Shown one piece after another: positions 42,019 to 51,694 of a stretch of DNA of 54,024 nt. The DNA lies in IMG/VR virus record IMGVR_UViG_3300045994_000081, positions 1-54,024 of that record; one strand, 5' to 3'. Made by a program: the position numbers and the translations under genes. The notes beneath the pieces are model-generated. The model was not told the DNA's origin and ran no database searches. It saw only the letters and a program-made list of their open reading frames with translations. The DNA comes from a virus. Its lineage: Duplodnaviria; Caudoviricetes. Each line of letters opens with the position of its first letter. Positions within the stretch are counted from its first letter, which is position 1.

Positions 42019-45000
42019 GTGCGTATCTTAACTCCATCGGGTTATCAGGAACCCCAGTCACTAAAGGCTGGGGAACTTGTATGCGCGTTCGATGCGAACG
42101 GTGTTGCAATACAAAATACAATTAACTTGATTGAGCGGGTCACCCCGTCAAGTTATGATTACGAAGATTATCACTTTGAAGAAGTAGACGGTACGCCTGG
42201 ATTCCGTGCGGGACGCGGATGGATATGGTACTTAATCAACGGGAAATACCCGCTGTTTCAAGACCAAAGTATCTGGCGCAACGGCCAAGACGTATGTCAC
42301 GTCTCTGACCTTATTGCTGGTGACATGCTGTACGATGACGCGGACAACCTTTTCACGGTAGATACCGTGGTCAAGCTTGACAATGCGCTTGCCCCACAAA
42401 AATGGACGCGCTTTGAAATCAGCGGAGATCATAGCTACATTGTTGACGGAATAGCAGTTCACAACGCTTCTAGATACTGGACCACTGGGAACGGTACTTG
42501 GAGCAGCAGCGCGACCGCAAACTGGTCTGCATCTAGCGGAGGAACTGGCGGTGCCAGTGCGCCAACCAGTGCAGACGATGTCAACTTTGACACCCTATCC
42601 AGTTCAGGAAATTATACGGTTACACATACAGGAGCGAAGTCTGTCCGCAGCGTGACAATTGGAAACCCGCTGACGGGTGCGGTCACCTTCGCAAGCTCAG
42701 GAGCGACAACCGTCTACGGTTCTTTTATAAATAATACGACTGCTGGCGTGTTTAACTGGACAGGACTTACGACATTCGCGGCAACGACAACCGGATGGAC
42801 TATAGGCTCGTTTAACGGGTCGTCTGTCACGTTTAACGGTACAGGAGGCGGATGGACTGTAGGCGGATTGACGTGCGCAGCATCCACAGCAGTTCTGACC
42901 CTTACAAACGGAACGCCTACGGGTATGACAGTTACCCTGCAGACAAACAGTCTCGCGCCTATTGTAGGAAACTGGAACGGAAGTTCCGCCTTCGCAAATC
43001 TGACTTATCAACCTTTCACTTTTGGAAACCTTGCGATGACGTTTGCGCAAGGTTTTACTGTTACCGGAACAATGGCTGTATATAGCTCTTCCGGAAATCC
43101 TATGAACCTTGCAACTCTTGTTCAGTTTGCAAGTCCAACGCTTGGCACTGCTATCTCGATATCCGTCGGAACTTTCAATTGTGCTTACGGTGCGATTTTC
43201 AGAGATGTTAATCTTACAGTAACGGGCGGAAGTTACGCATATATAGGAGACGCGGGCGGTAATACATTCACCGGAATGAGCGCGACTACACCTATCACCG
43301 CGTATATGGTCGGAACTGGAAATCACAATTTTTATTTAGAGGCGACGAACTATTGGTTCACCGCAAGTGGAGGAAGTACCGCGTCGTCCCGCGCTCCAGT
43401 TCTTCCACAAGACAGCGCAATAATAGACGCAAATAGCGGAACAGGAACGATCACCCAAAATATCCCAAGGCTCGGAAATCTTAACTGCACAGGGTTCACG
43501 GGGACGCTTACGACGTCTACCGTTTGCGAATTCTACGGGTCTATCATACTTGGAACAGGTATGACGTTGACAGCGTCTACTCAAGCTTATACATATAGAG
43601 GCAGAGGCTCTTCTACGTTCACATGTAACGGAAAGTCATGGTCTAAAGCAATTGCGGTTGATTGCAAGACAGGGACTTTGACGCTTGGAAGTAACTTCGT
43701 TTCTTCTGCGTCTATTAGTCTGACACGCGGTACGATTAATGACGGCGGATATAATATAACGCCAGGCTCGTTCACTTTTAATTACGGAGCAACCTTCTAC
43801 AAATCCGGAAATTTAATGTTACAAAGCGTCGCGGGTACGGTAACGCTGTCATGTGTGACATATGACAGCGCGGGCGCCATTTATCTGAGCACAGCTTGTA
43901 CGCTAGACACGTCAAATACGTCTAACCTTTATCCGTTATTTAGTATTATCTTATCCGCAGGTACGACTACATTCGCATGGAACGTATTTGTCATAAGTTT
44001 ATACGCTCCAATGAATACAACAATCAATATTTCTACTCAGCTATACGTTACGAATTGGAATGTGAACGGGGCGCCTACAGACTACACGGACCCACTGAAT
44101 CCTATTACACAATACAGTCAGATTACTGGCGTAGGCGCACAGCGTCCTATATACGATAGACTTGGAAATCCCGTTACATTCTATTCTAACTGGGTAGGAG
44201 TAACGAACATCAACGCAGGCGGGTCAGGCGGGATGCTTATTGTAGATCAAAATTCAATTATATCTACGGGATGCGCTTCTGTTTACAAACGATGGATATC
44301 TACGTTGACGCTTACTAGTGCGCACGCCGCGTCAAGCGTGCTTCGCAGCAGTAACTATAAGAAGATATTGACTAGAACTGTAAATAGCGCGCTTACGCTG
44401 GGTTATTTTATGTCATCCCATAGACAAGCATTGACAGCGGTTGCGAACGCGGCGCCTGTGCTGTTTGAACACGCGCTGCACCGGGCAGCGCGTGCGGTTA
44501 ATGTGGTTACTAGCGCGGTTTCTACCCGCTTGCGCCTTGTAGGGTTACGCCTTACAAGTTCACCCGCGTTTAAACTGATAAAACAGGTTGCCCGAAAGAT
44601 TACCGCAACAGAAACAACGTCGGTTCTTCATGTCTTGCAGATAAGAACCTTGCTTTTAAAAAACGTCCAAGCGTTTCAAAATATAGGTTTTAAAATTGCG
44701 AAGACTTTGAAACAATCTGTAACGTCTTCACTGTATATTCCCCGCAAAATTGGCGCAAGGTCTATCGCTTATGCGCATGAATACGTGAGCTTTATAAAGC
44801 GAGCGGATATTAAGTTATCGGTCTTAATAGTGTCTGCGATGTTTACAGCGTTTGCTTTAAAGTTGACTCTGAAATATCACGTAACATCGATTCTTACTCA
44901 CCGTCATTTTATTAAGAAAGCGTTGACCGCTGTTGCTACAAAGTTGACCACAATAAGTCCTATAAAAGGCCACTTATTGCAGTTCCACATCACGGTGACA

Positions 45001-45306
45001 AGTGTTCCGCGTTTGTATAAAGGCCTTAAGCATTCGTTCCTAACCTTTGTCACCGTTCACGCAAGTTACACGCCAAGGTTCTTTATAAAATCTACTGCGA
45101 ATAGTGTTGCAAGTGTGAAGCGTTCGTTCTTTATTAAACTAAAGATATTGAGAACTGTTCCAACCTTAATAAGAGTGAACGTCAGAATATGGGTTTTAAA
45201 TTTTGTGCTTACGCTGAAGGATGCTGCTCGTTATAATGCGACAATCTCTAACGCTTCAAAGTACGGTTTGAAGCTATTCGACAACGCGGTGAAAAAGTTA
45301 AAATGA
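42019..45306 (+). CDS. Large fibre/adhesin-like virion protein with N-terminal Hint domain
   Basis: aa 1-149 Hint-like ending VHN; then RYW..G.GTWS...NWSASSGG.GGASAP...DDV.FD, Gly/Thr beta-rich body, basic repetitive C-terminal third; between capsid and connector genes. Confidence 0.75.
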   Translation: MRILTPSGYQEPQSLKAGELVCAFDANGVAIQNTINLIERVTPSSYDYEDYHFEEVDGTPGFRAGRGWIWYLINGKYPLFQDQSIWRNGQDVCHVSDLIAGDMLYDDADNLFTVDTVVKLDNALAPQKWTRFEISGDHSYIVDGIAVHNASRYWTTGNGTWSSSATANWSASSGGTGGASAPTSADDVNFDTLSSSGNYTVTHTGAKSVRSVTIGNPLTGAVTFASSGATTVYGSFINNTTAGVFNWTGLTTFAATTTGWTIGSFNGSSVTFNGTGGGWTVGGLTCAASTAVLTLTNGTPTGMTVTLQTNSLAPIVGNWNGSSAFANLTYQPFTFGNLAMTFAQGFTVTGTMAVYSSSGNPMNLATLVQFASPTLGTAISISVGTFNCAYGAIFRDVNLTVTGGSYAYIGDAGGNTFTGMSATTPITAYMVGTGNHNFYLEATNYWFTASGGSTASSRAPVLPQDSAIIDANSGTGTITQNIPRLGNLNCTGFTGTLTTSTVCEFYGSIILGTGMTLTASTQAYTYRGRGSSTFTCNGKSWSKAIAVDCKTGTLTLGSNFVSSASISLTRGTINDGGYNITPGSFTFNYGATFYKSGNLMLQSVAGTVTLSCVTYDSAGAIYLSTACTLDTSNTSNLYPLFSIILSAGTTTFAWNVFVISLYAPMNTTINISTQLYVTNWNVNGAPTDYTDPLNPITQYSQITGVGAQRPIYDRLGNPVTFYSNWVGVTNINAGGSGGMLIVDQNSIISTGCASVYKRWISTLTLTSAHAASSVLRSSNYKKILTRTVNSALTLGYFMSSHRQALTAVANAAPVLFEHALHRAARAVNVVTSAVSTRLRLVGLRLTSSPAFKLIKQVARKITATETTSVLHVLQIRTLLLKNVQAFQNIGFKIAKTLKQSVTSSLYIPRKIGARSIAYAHEYVSFIKRADIKLSVLIVSAMFTAFALKLTLKYHVTSILTHRHFIKKALTAVATKLTTISPIKGHLLQFHITVTSVPRLYKGLKHSFLTFVTVHASYTPRFFIKSTANSVASVKRSFFIKLKILRTVPTLIRVNVRIWVLNFVLTLKDAARYNATISNASKYGLKLFDNAVKKLK

Positions 45307-45587
45307 ACGCTTATGATTTAGGTGACATCGTTCTACTTACCGCCAGCTTTTCTACAGTTGGCGGTTTACCCGTGACCCCTGATACTGTAGATTTTAAAAT
45401 AAAAAGACCTGACGGAGTTGTTGAACTATTCCACTATCCTGCAACCGTAATTTCACCCGCGCTGGGAACTTACACGGTAGATTATGTTCCGTCACAAAGT
45501 GGAACGCACCTTTATCGTGCGGAAGCAACAGGCACAGGTCAGTCCGGTAGCGAAGGTGACTTCTATATCAGAGACTCTAACTTTTAA
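45303..45587 (+). CDS. Small Ig-like (BppU-like) fibre attachment protein
   Basis: GDIVLLTASF...G..V.P..V..KIKRPDG...GTY. Confidence 0.55.
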   Translation: MNAYDLGDIVLLTASFSTVGGLPVTPDTVDFKIKRPDGVVELFHYPATVISPALGTYTVDYVPSQSGTHLYRAEATGTGQSGSEGDFYIRDSNF

Positions 45588-45595
45588 GGACTGTC

Positions 45596-46135
45596 ATGTT
45601 AATAACTGTTCAACAGGCTAGAGAATTTTGCAACGGTAAACCTGAAAGTGATGCGGTATTCGCAACCCTTGCAAAGGGTGTGAGCGATGCTGTTGAGTCC
45701 TATATGAGCGTCAACGTCCTTGCGAAAGACTACGCTCAGAAGTTTAACGGTGCGGGAAAGACAAAACTGTTTCTTACCAACAGACCCGTCAACTCGGTTG
45801 CGTCGCTTACGATTAACGGACGTCCTATTCCACCGTCCACCGGCGACGGTGTTGCGGGTTACGTTGCGGATTCAAACCAAATTTATTTGACAGGCTATAC
45901 GTTCGAAAAGGGCGTTCAGAATGTTCATGTAAGCTACAACGCAGGTCTTGCAACCGTACCTTATGACCTCGAAATGGCGTGTCTCAAATGGGTGTCTTTC
46001 CTGTATAAGGAAATGCCACGCGAAGGACAATCCAGCAAGACGCTTGCAGGTGAGACGGTTACTTATACGGTGACGGATTTACCTGCAAGCGTTCGCGCAA
46101 TTCTTGACGCTTACCGCAATAGGATTCCAGCGTGA
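45596..46135 (+). CDS. Head-tail connector (gp6-like)
   Basis: PVNSV.SL, VSYNAG...VPYDLEMAC, ILDAYR. Confidence 0.8.
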   Translation: MLITVQQAREFCNGKPESDAVFATLAKGVSDAVESYMSVNVLAKDYAQKFNGAGKTKLFLTNRPVNSVASLTINGRPIPPSTGDGVAGYVADSNQIYLTGYTFEKGVQNVHVSYNAGLATVPYDLEMACLKWVSFLYKEMPREGQSSKTLAGETVTYTVTDLPASVRAILDAYRNRIPA

Positions 46136-46617
46136 TTACCGCGGAAGTCAGATACGGTAAGGTTCAACAGCGACTTGGAAAGATCGCTCAAAACGTACAG
46201 AAGCGCGTTGAAAAAGCGGTCACTGTAGAAGCGTTGAACCTTGTCGGATACGTTAAAGCAAACAAGCTTTCAGATCAGGTTTTGAAGGTAAGAACCGGAC
46301 GCTTGCGCCGTTCTATAACTGCAAAGTTTGAAGGCGAAGGAAGCGGGAACTTTCGTGCAAAGGTAGGAACGAACGTAAGATACGCAAGAGCGCATGAAGA
46401 AGGCTTTTCGGGTAGCGTGCAGGTTCCAGAGCATTCAAGACGTCAGACAGTAGCATGGGGAAAAATCATGCGAGAGCCTAAGGTCGTTACGGTAAGGGCG
46501 CACAGTATGCAAATGAATATCGAAGCGCGTCCGTTCTTGCGTCCGTCTCTTACCGAGAACCTTGACCGTATAAAAGGGAACATCCGTAAAGCGTTGACGG
46601 AAGGATTGAAATCATGA
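46132..46617 (+). CDS. HK97 gp10-like neck / tail-completion protein
   Basis: VRTGRLRRSI, VGTNVRYA..HE.G, ARPFLRPS. Confidence 0.8.
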   Translation: MITAEVRYGKVQQRLGKIAQNVQKRVEKAVTVEALNLVGYVKANKLSDQVLKVRTGRLRRSITAKFEGEGSGNFRAKVGTNVRYARAHEEGFSGSVQVPEHSRRQTVAWGKIMREPKVVTVRAHSMQMNIEARPFLRPSLTENLDRIKGNIRKALTEGLKS

Positions 46618-47042
46618 ATCTTGCAAGCCGCGAAACCGCTTATCTTGCGTTATTTGCAAGACTGCAAAACATTACAGGAATTAAGAACTGCACGCGCAAG
46701 CTTACGCACTGGCAAGACTCTCCTATGGAAAACCAGCCTGTTCTTTATATGGAACAAGGAGGCGAGGTAAGAAACCCCGTGCAGGGTCTGCCAGCAAGGC
46801 TAGTGCTGGAGGCAAACTTGTGGTTATACGTGAGCACACAAGGCGACCCAGTCGGACCAGTGCTCAACCCGTTGCTGGACGCAATAGGTGACACGCTTGA
46901 ACCTATTGTCGCGCAGAACAATAGACAGACTTTGGGCGGCGTCGTTCATCATTGCTGGATTGAAGGACAGACGCAAGTGTTCGAAGGTAACTTAGGGGAA
47001 GAAGCGGTTGCAATAATCCCCGTCAAAATGTTAGTCACTTAA
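46614..47042 (+). CDS. Tail terminator
   Basis: Position before the tail tube gene; QTLGGVVHHCWIEG. Confidence 0.7.
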   Translation: MNLASRETAYLALFARLQNITGIKNCTRKLTHWQDSPMENQPVLYMEQGGEVRNPVQGLPARLVLEANLWLYVSTQGDPVGPVLNPLLDAIGDTLEPIVAQNNRQTLGGVVHHCWIEGQTQVFEGNLGEEAVAIIPVKMLVT

Positions 47043-47054
47043 AGGAGAAGTAAA

Positions 47055-47822
47055 ATGAGTCAATTTTTATTCGGTTCGGGTGTATTTTGGGGGACTCCTC
47101 TTAATGACTCAAATGGCAACGCTATCGTAAATCCAACCCCTGTTCAGCTGGGTGTAATGCAGGACATCAGCATGGACATCAGCTTCGATACGAAGCAACT
47201 GTACGGACGTTTTCAGTTCCCAGTTGCTATCGGTCGCGGTAAGGGCAAGATGACAGGTAAGGCAAAGACTGCGCAAGTAAACGCATCCGCGTTGAACAGT
47301 TTGTTCTTCGGTCAGACCTTGGCAAATGGCCTTGTTGATAACTACGCAGATGTCATTGGTAGCGCAATTCCTGCCACGCCTTTCGCGGTTACGGTGACAC
47401 CCCCGAACGCAGGTGTCTGGGCTTATGATTTAGGGGTGCGTGACGCAAACGGCTTACCGATGACGAAGGTTGCAGCTACACCAACGACGGGTCAATACAC
47501 GGTAGGAAGTGGCGGTGTTTATACCTTTGCAGCGGCAGACGTGGGTCTTACGGTCTACATCAGTTATCAATACACTGCAACAAGCACAACCGCCAAGAAG
47601 TCTACGGTTCGAAACGCACTGATGGGCGCGACACCTACTTTCCAAGGGGACTTGTATATTCCGTTCAATGGTAAGACCCTCGTAATGACGATTCCTAAAT
47701 GCGTCACAACGAAATGGGCAATGGCAACAAAACTGGATGACTTTACGATTCCAGAGTTTGACTTCGACGGGTTTGCGGATGCGGCGGGTAATGCCCTATA
47801 CTGGGCAGCGTCGGACAACTAA
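47055..47822 (+). CDS. Major tail tube protein
   Basis: FGSG, KQLYG..QFPVAIGRGK, DDFTIPEFDF; strong RBS and terminator. Confidence 0.8.
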   Translation: MSQFLFGSGVFWGTPLNDSNGNAIVNPTPVQLGVMQDISMDISFDTKQLYGRFQFPVAIGRGKGKMTGKAKTAQVNASALNSLFFGQTLANGLVDNYADVIGSAIPATPFAVTVTPPNAGVWAYDLGVRDANGLPMTKVAATPTTGQYTVGSGGVYTFAAADVGLTVYISYQYTATSTTAKKSTVRNALMGATPTFQGDLYIPFNGKTLVMTIPKCVTTKWAMATKLDDFTIPEFDFDGFADAAGNALYWAASDN

Positions 47823-47828
47823 CCACAA

Positions 47829-47848
47829 TGGGCGGCTTCGGTCGCCCA
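47829..47848 (+). terminator. cUUCGg hairpin after the tail tube gene
   Basis: TGGGCGGC-TTCG-GTCGCCCA. Confidence 0.65.
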
Positions 47849-47867
47849 ATTACTTTAAGGAATTGAA

Positions 47868-48194
47868 ATGGATAACCCAGTACCTCGCGTCAAAGGACAA
47901 AAGATTACACTTCTGGAAACAGAGTACATTTTGCCTCCGCTTCCCCTTACTTACATGGACGATATTCAGCCTTTGCTGGACGGTGGTACAACGCAGAACA
48001 AGGCATACGTTGGCGCACTTATTAGCGCAGTTCACTTGAGCTTATTGCGCAACTATCCAGACATGAATCGTTCTGTAGTTGCTGATAATTTGGATATGAC
48101 GAACTACGCGGACATCGTTAATGCGTTCATGGTTACTAACAAATTCACAGCCTCTTCTGAAGTTAAATCGGGGGAGCTGAAGGCGAGCGAATAA
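47868..48194 (+). CDS. Tail assembly chaperone (gpG-like)
   Basis: Between tail tube and tape measure; slippery G GGG GAG near the 3' end. Confidence 0.8.
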   Translation: MDNPVPRVKGQKITLLETEYILPPLPLTYMDDIQPLLDGGTTQNKAYVGALISAVHLSLLRNYPDMNRSVVADNLDMTNYADIVNAFMVTNKFTASSEVKSGELKASE

Positions 48195-48475
48195 GCTGGG
48201 ACGAAGTGATTGCCTTCGTAGCTCTAAACACCGGATGGACTATAGACTACGTTGGCGAGAACATCGATTTGCCTCGTCTCATGCTGCTGAATAAACAATG
48301 GCGTCAAGCGCCCCCTGTTAGATTAGTCCTTGCAACTTACGCGGGTTATAAACCGCCAGAAGACGAGAGCAAAGTCAAAGCAGAATCGGAAGCGCAGGTT
48401 CAGGAATTGTTTACAGGCGCACCCGCTTACAAGTTCACCCCTCCAAAGGTAAGGATGATGGAAAATGGCAACTGA
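48167..48475 (+). CDS. Tail assembly chaperone extension (gpT-like), reached by -1 frameshift
   Basis: -1 frame open from 48167 (after TAA 48164) through GGAEGERISWDEVIAF... to 48475. Confidence 0.7.
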   Translation: MGGAEGERISWDEVIAFVALNTGWTIDYVGENIDLPRLMLLNKQWRQAPPVRLVLATYAGYKPPEDESKVKAESEAQVQELFTGAPAYKFTPPKVRMMENGN

Positions 48476-51092
48476 TCAAGATTTAGAAATCATTATTGGT
48501 GCCAATACCGAACACCTCAAACCGCAAATGGACGCGGGTGCGGATACGGTACAAAAGGCAGGTGACAAGATGGCGGACGCTATGAAAAAAGCGTCCGCTG
48601 AAATCACTTCCGCAATGCAGAAAGCAAGCGCAGACACTAAAGCAGCGTCCGAAGTCACACAAGGCAACTTGGAAAAGGTGTCACAAGCTGTAGGCAATAT
48701 GAGCAACGAGATGAAGACCGGATTTGCAGGTATTCAGGAGCATATAGGCGCAATGGGCGGCGCGGTGTCTAAGCTGGTAGGTATTATCGGAATGATTGGC
48801 GCAGCGGTCGCGGGTGGTAGCGCGATGAAGGAAATGGTTGCGGACACCAGCAAGTTCACAGGGGAAGCAAACTCCCTTGGAAAAGCACTGAACATTAGTA
48901 CAACTGAAGCCAGTGCGTTGAATGTTGCACTGGGTGACGTTTATAGCAGCGCAGACCAGTTTAAAGGCGCAGCGGGTATGCTTGCGCGTCAGCTTAAGAC
49001 AAACGAGAGCGGACTTAACGACATGGGCCTTAAAACCCGTGACGCTAACAGTGAACTGCGCAACATGAAAGACATGATGTTCGACGCCATAACGGTGGCG
49101 AACGGATACAAGGAAGGTATTGACAGAACCCTTGCCATGCAATCCATGTTCGGACGTGGCGCGGCAGAAATGGGTTCGCTTCTCAAGCTTAACAATCAAG
49201 TTCTGGAAGACGCAAAACAGAAACAAAAAGAACTAGGACTTGTGGTAGGCGTTGAAAACGTAGAAGCCAACAAAGCGTACAAAGCAGCGGTGAACGACGC
49301 AGGTGACGTGCTTGACGCAATGAAGAAGTCAATAGGCGACGCGCTTATGCCTGTTCTAACTTCTATGTCAAACTGGTTTGCGTCAGTAGGGCCTGAAGCA
49401 GCAATGATAATCAAAGGGGCGATCGGAGGTCTTACCGCTGCATTCTGGGCGCTGAAGAACGGTGTTGTGATGGTATGGGAAACGATCAATGCACTTGTGG
49501 TCACTGTTGCAGAACCGATACGCGCATTATCAGCATCAATTGCGAAAGCAATCACAGGGGACTTTGAAGGTGCAAAGAACGAACTTGCAGGGGTAGGCGA
49601 CGTCATGTCTGGTGCGTGGAGCAACGCGATGGACAAGATGGAAGCAAGCTCTAATGACACGTCAAAAAAGATTTCAGAACTGTTCATGCCTGTAACTGCA
49701 ACAGCAGATCCGAGCGGTAAAGGTAAAGGATTCGATGACGCCGCAGCGGCAGCCGCTTCGGCGAAAAAGGCTGCAAGTTTAATGAAGGATTACGAACTTG
49801 AGCTTGCAGTAACGAAAGACCACTTTGCAAACTTGAACCGTGAAAAAGGCACGTTCGTTGAGTTCAGTAAAGCTCAGGAACTTGCGTTCTGGAACGACAA
49901 GCTTTCAACTATTATAAAAGGGACGGACGACTACAAAACAATCGAGCTGAAAGCGCATACGATTACGGACCAAATGCGTAAAGACAGCTTCGACACCGAA
50001 CTGGTGGGCTTGAAAGCTCAAGCGGTTGAGTTTAAGAACAACGCGGAAGAGCGTCTGCGTGTGGTTAAGGAATACGCCAACAAAATAGGCGAGGCTTACC
50101 AGCACGAAGGCAAGCTGTACGAAGAAGCAAAGAAGGCGGTTCTTGCAACAGAACAGCAGGTAGAAACGCAGCGCGACCAAATCAAAGCCGAAATTCGCAA
50201 CCGTCAACGCGATGCGGAAAAGGCGGATTTGGACTTGGAATCTAACAACGCAAAATATCGGGAGCGTATTGGACTGCAAAGTACGATGACCACATTGCAG
50301 CAAGAACAGCAGTTCGAGCAACGTAGATACGAAATTCAAAGCCAAGCTATTGCAGAGCGTAAGGGTATGCTAGACCCAACGCACGACCCCATTGAGTTTG
50401 AAAAGGTCACCAGTGAAATAGAAAAGATGGAAAGTGCGCATCAACTCAAAATGCAACAGCTCGCACAACAGACTTACGAAGCTGAAATGAAGAACTATAC
50501 AGATCTATTCAAAAACATAGGCTCTGGAATGGGGAACGTCATTAAGGGCGTATTGAGCGGAACCGCGTCTATCACGCAAGGTATGCAGCAAATGATGATG
50601 GCGGTACTGAATGCGATGACGCAGATGCTTGCGAACATGGCAGCTAAATGGATCACCCAAAAGCTGACAGAACTTGTACTGGGTAAGACAACCGCTGCAA
50701 GTGAGATCGGTGCCAACGCTGGGGTCGCTGGTAGCGCAGCGATGGCCAGCACCGCTGCGATTCCAATAGTTGGCCCAGCACTTGCACCCGCTGCCGGTGC
50801 TGCCGCGTTTAGCGGTGCGATGTCTTATATGTCAGTTCTGTCTGCTCGTAACGGTATGGACATTCCTGCAGGCGTGAACCCGCTCACCCAGTTGCACGAA
50901 AAGGAAATGGTTCTGCCTGCAAAACAAGCGGAGACAATTCGCAATATGGACGGAAATAATTCCGCTATAAATCTGCATATCAACGCGGTAGATTCACAAA
51001 GCGTTAAATCTTTGTTTATGCGCGAAGGTAGCTCTCTTGTAGACAGTATGAGCGCACAGTTCCGAAATAACCGTACAGTGAGATCGATATGA
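48465..51092 (+). CDS. Tape measure protein
   Basis: 875 aa, Ala/Met-rich helical; C-terminal LHEKEMVLP...LHINAVD motif. Confidence 0.9.
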   Translation: MATDQDLEIIIGANTEHLKPQMDAGADTVQKAGDKMADAMKKASAEITSAMQKASADTKAASEVTQGNLEKVSQAVGNMSNEMKTGFAGIQEHIGAMGGAVSKLVGIIGMIGAAVAGGSAMKEMVADTSKFTGEANSLGKALNISTTEASALNVALGDVYSSADQFKGAAGMLARQLKTNESGLNDMGLKTRDANSELRNMKDMMFDAITVANGYKEGIDRTLAMQSMFGRGAAEMGSLLKLNNQVLEDAKQKQKELGLVVGVENVEANKAYKAAVNDAGDVLDAMKKSIGDALMPVLTSMSNWFASVGPEAAMIIKGAIGGLTAAFWALKNGVVMVWETINALVVTVAEPIRALSASIAKAITGDFEGAKNELAGVGDVMSGAWSNAMDKMEASSNDTSKKISELFMPVTATADPSGKGKGFDDAAAAAASAKKAASLMKDYELELAVTKDHFANLNREKGTFVEFSKAQELAFWNDKLSTIIKGTDDYKTIELKAHTITDQMRKDSFDTELVGLKAQAVEFKNNAEERLRVVKEYANKIGEAYQHEGKLYEEAKKAVLATEQQVETQRDQIKAEIRNRQRDAEKADLDLESNNAKYRERIGLQSTMTTLQQEQQFEQRRYEIQSQAIAERKGMLDPTHDPIEFEKVTSEIEKMESAHQLKMQQLAQQTYEAEMKNYTDLFKNIGSGMGNVIKGVLSGTASITQGMQQMMMAVLNAMTQMLANMAAKWITQKLTELVLGKTTAASEIGANAGVAGSAAMASTAAIPIVGPALAPAAGAAAFSGAMSYMSVLSARNGMDIPAGVNPLTQLHEKEMVLPAKQAETIRNMDGNNSAINLHINAVDSQSVKSLFMREGSSLVDSMSAQFRNNRTVRSI

Positions 51093-51694
51093 GCGACGCA
51101 GTATTTCCAAATCTTCCAGGCATTGCGTGGAGCCTTATTAAAAGTCCAAAGTTCTCAACTACGATTCACACTTCCGCATCAGGAAGAGAAACGCGGGTCG
51201 CGCTTATGTCCTATCCCCATTATACAATGGGCTTGAATTACGACGTACTTCGCGCAGATGCTACCAAAGAACTTCAGCAGCTTATGGACTTCTTTTTAGC
51301 GCGTAAAGGTGCGTTCGACAACTTCCTTTATCAAGACCCTGACGACTGCGCAGTAACGAATCAGCAGTTCGGAACAGGTGACGGAGCGACCGCACGCTTT
51401 CCGCTTGTTCGTGCAGTTTACGCAGGCGGATTTTTAGAACCTGTGATGAACCTTAACGGTGCGCCATCAATTTCCAAAGCGGGTACACTACTGACGACGG
51501 GATACACCGTAAGCGCATTGGGCGTCGTTACGTTTAGCTCTGCGCCAACGGTCGGACAAGCTTTAACGTGGACAGGCGGGTACTATTTCAGATGCCGTTT
51601 TGTAAACGACCAGATGGACTTCGATGAGTTTATGTATCAATTGTGGCAGCTTAAAAAGTGCGACCTGATAGGTTCTTTGGGAAACAAAATATGA
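51089..51694 (+). CDS. Distal tail protein (DUF2460/TIGR02217-like)
   Basis: FSTTI..SASGRETR, FFLARKGAFDNF...DP.D, GTGDG...F.L. Confidence 0.85.
   Translation: MSDAVFPNLPGIAWSLIKSPKFSTTIHTSASGRETRVALMSYPHYTMGLNYDVLRADATKELQQLMDFFLARKGAFDNFLYQDPDDCAVTNQQFGTGDGATARFPLVRAVYAGGFLEPVMNLNGAPSISKAGTLLTTGYTVSALGVVTFSSAPTVGQALTWTGGYYFRCRFVNDQMDFDEFMYQLWQLKKCDLIGSLGNKI

Noticed and set aside
42019-42465. Mobile splicing intein
   Set aside because: No N-extein, no N-terminal nucleophile, +1 residue is Ala, no homing endonuclease; kept only as a cleavage-type Hint domain
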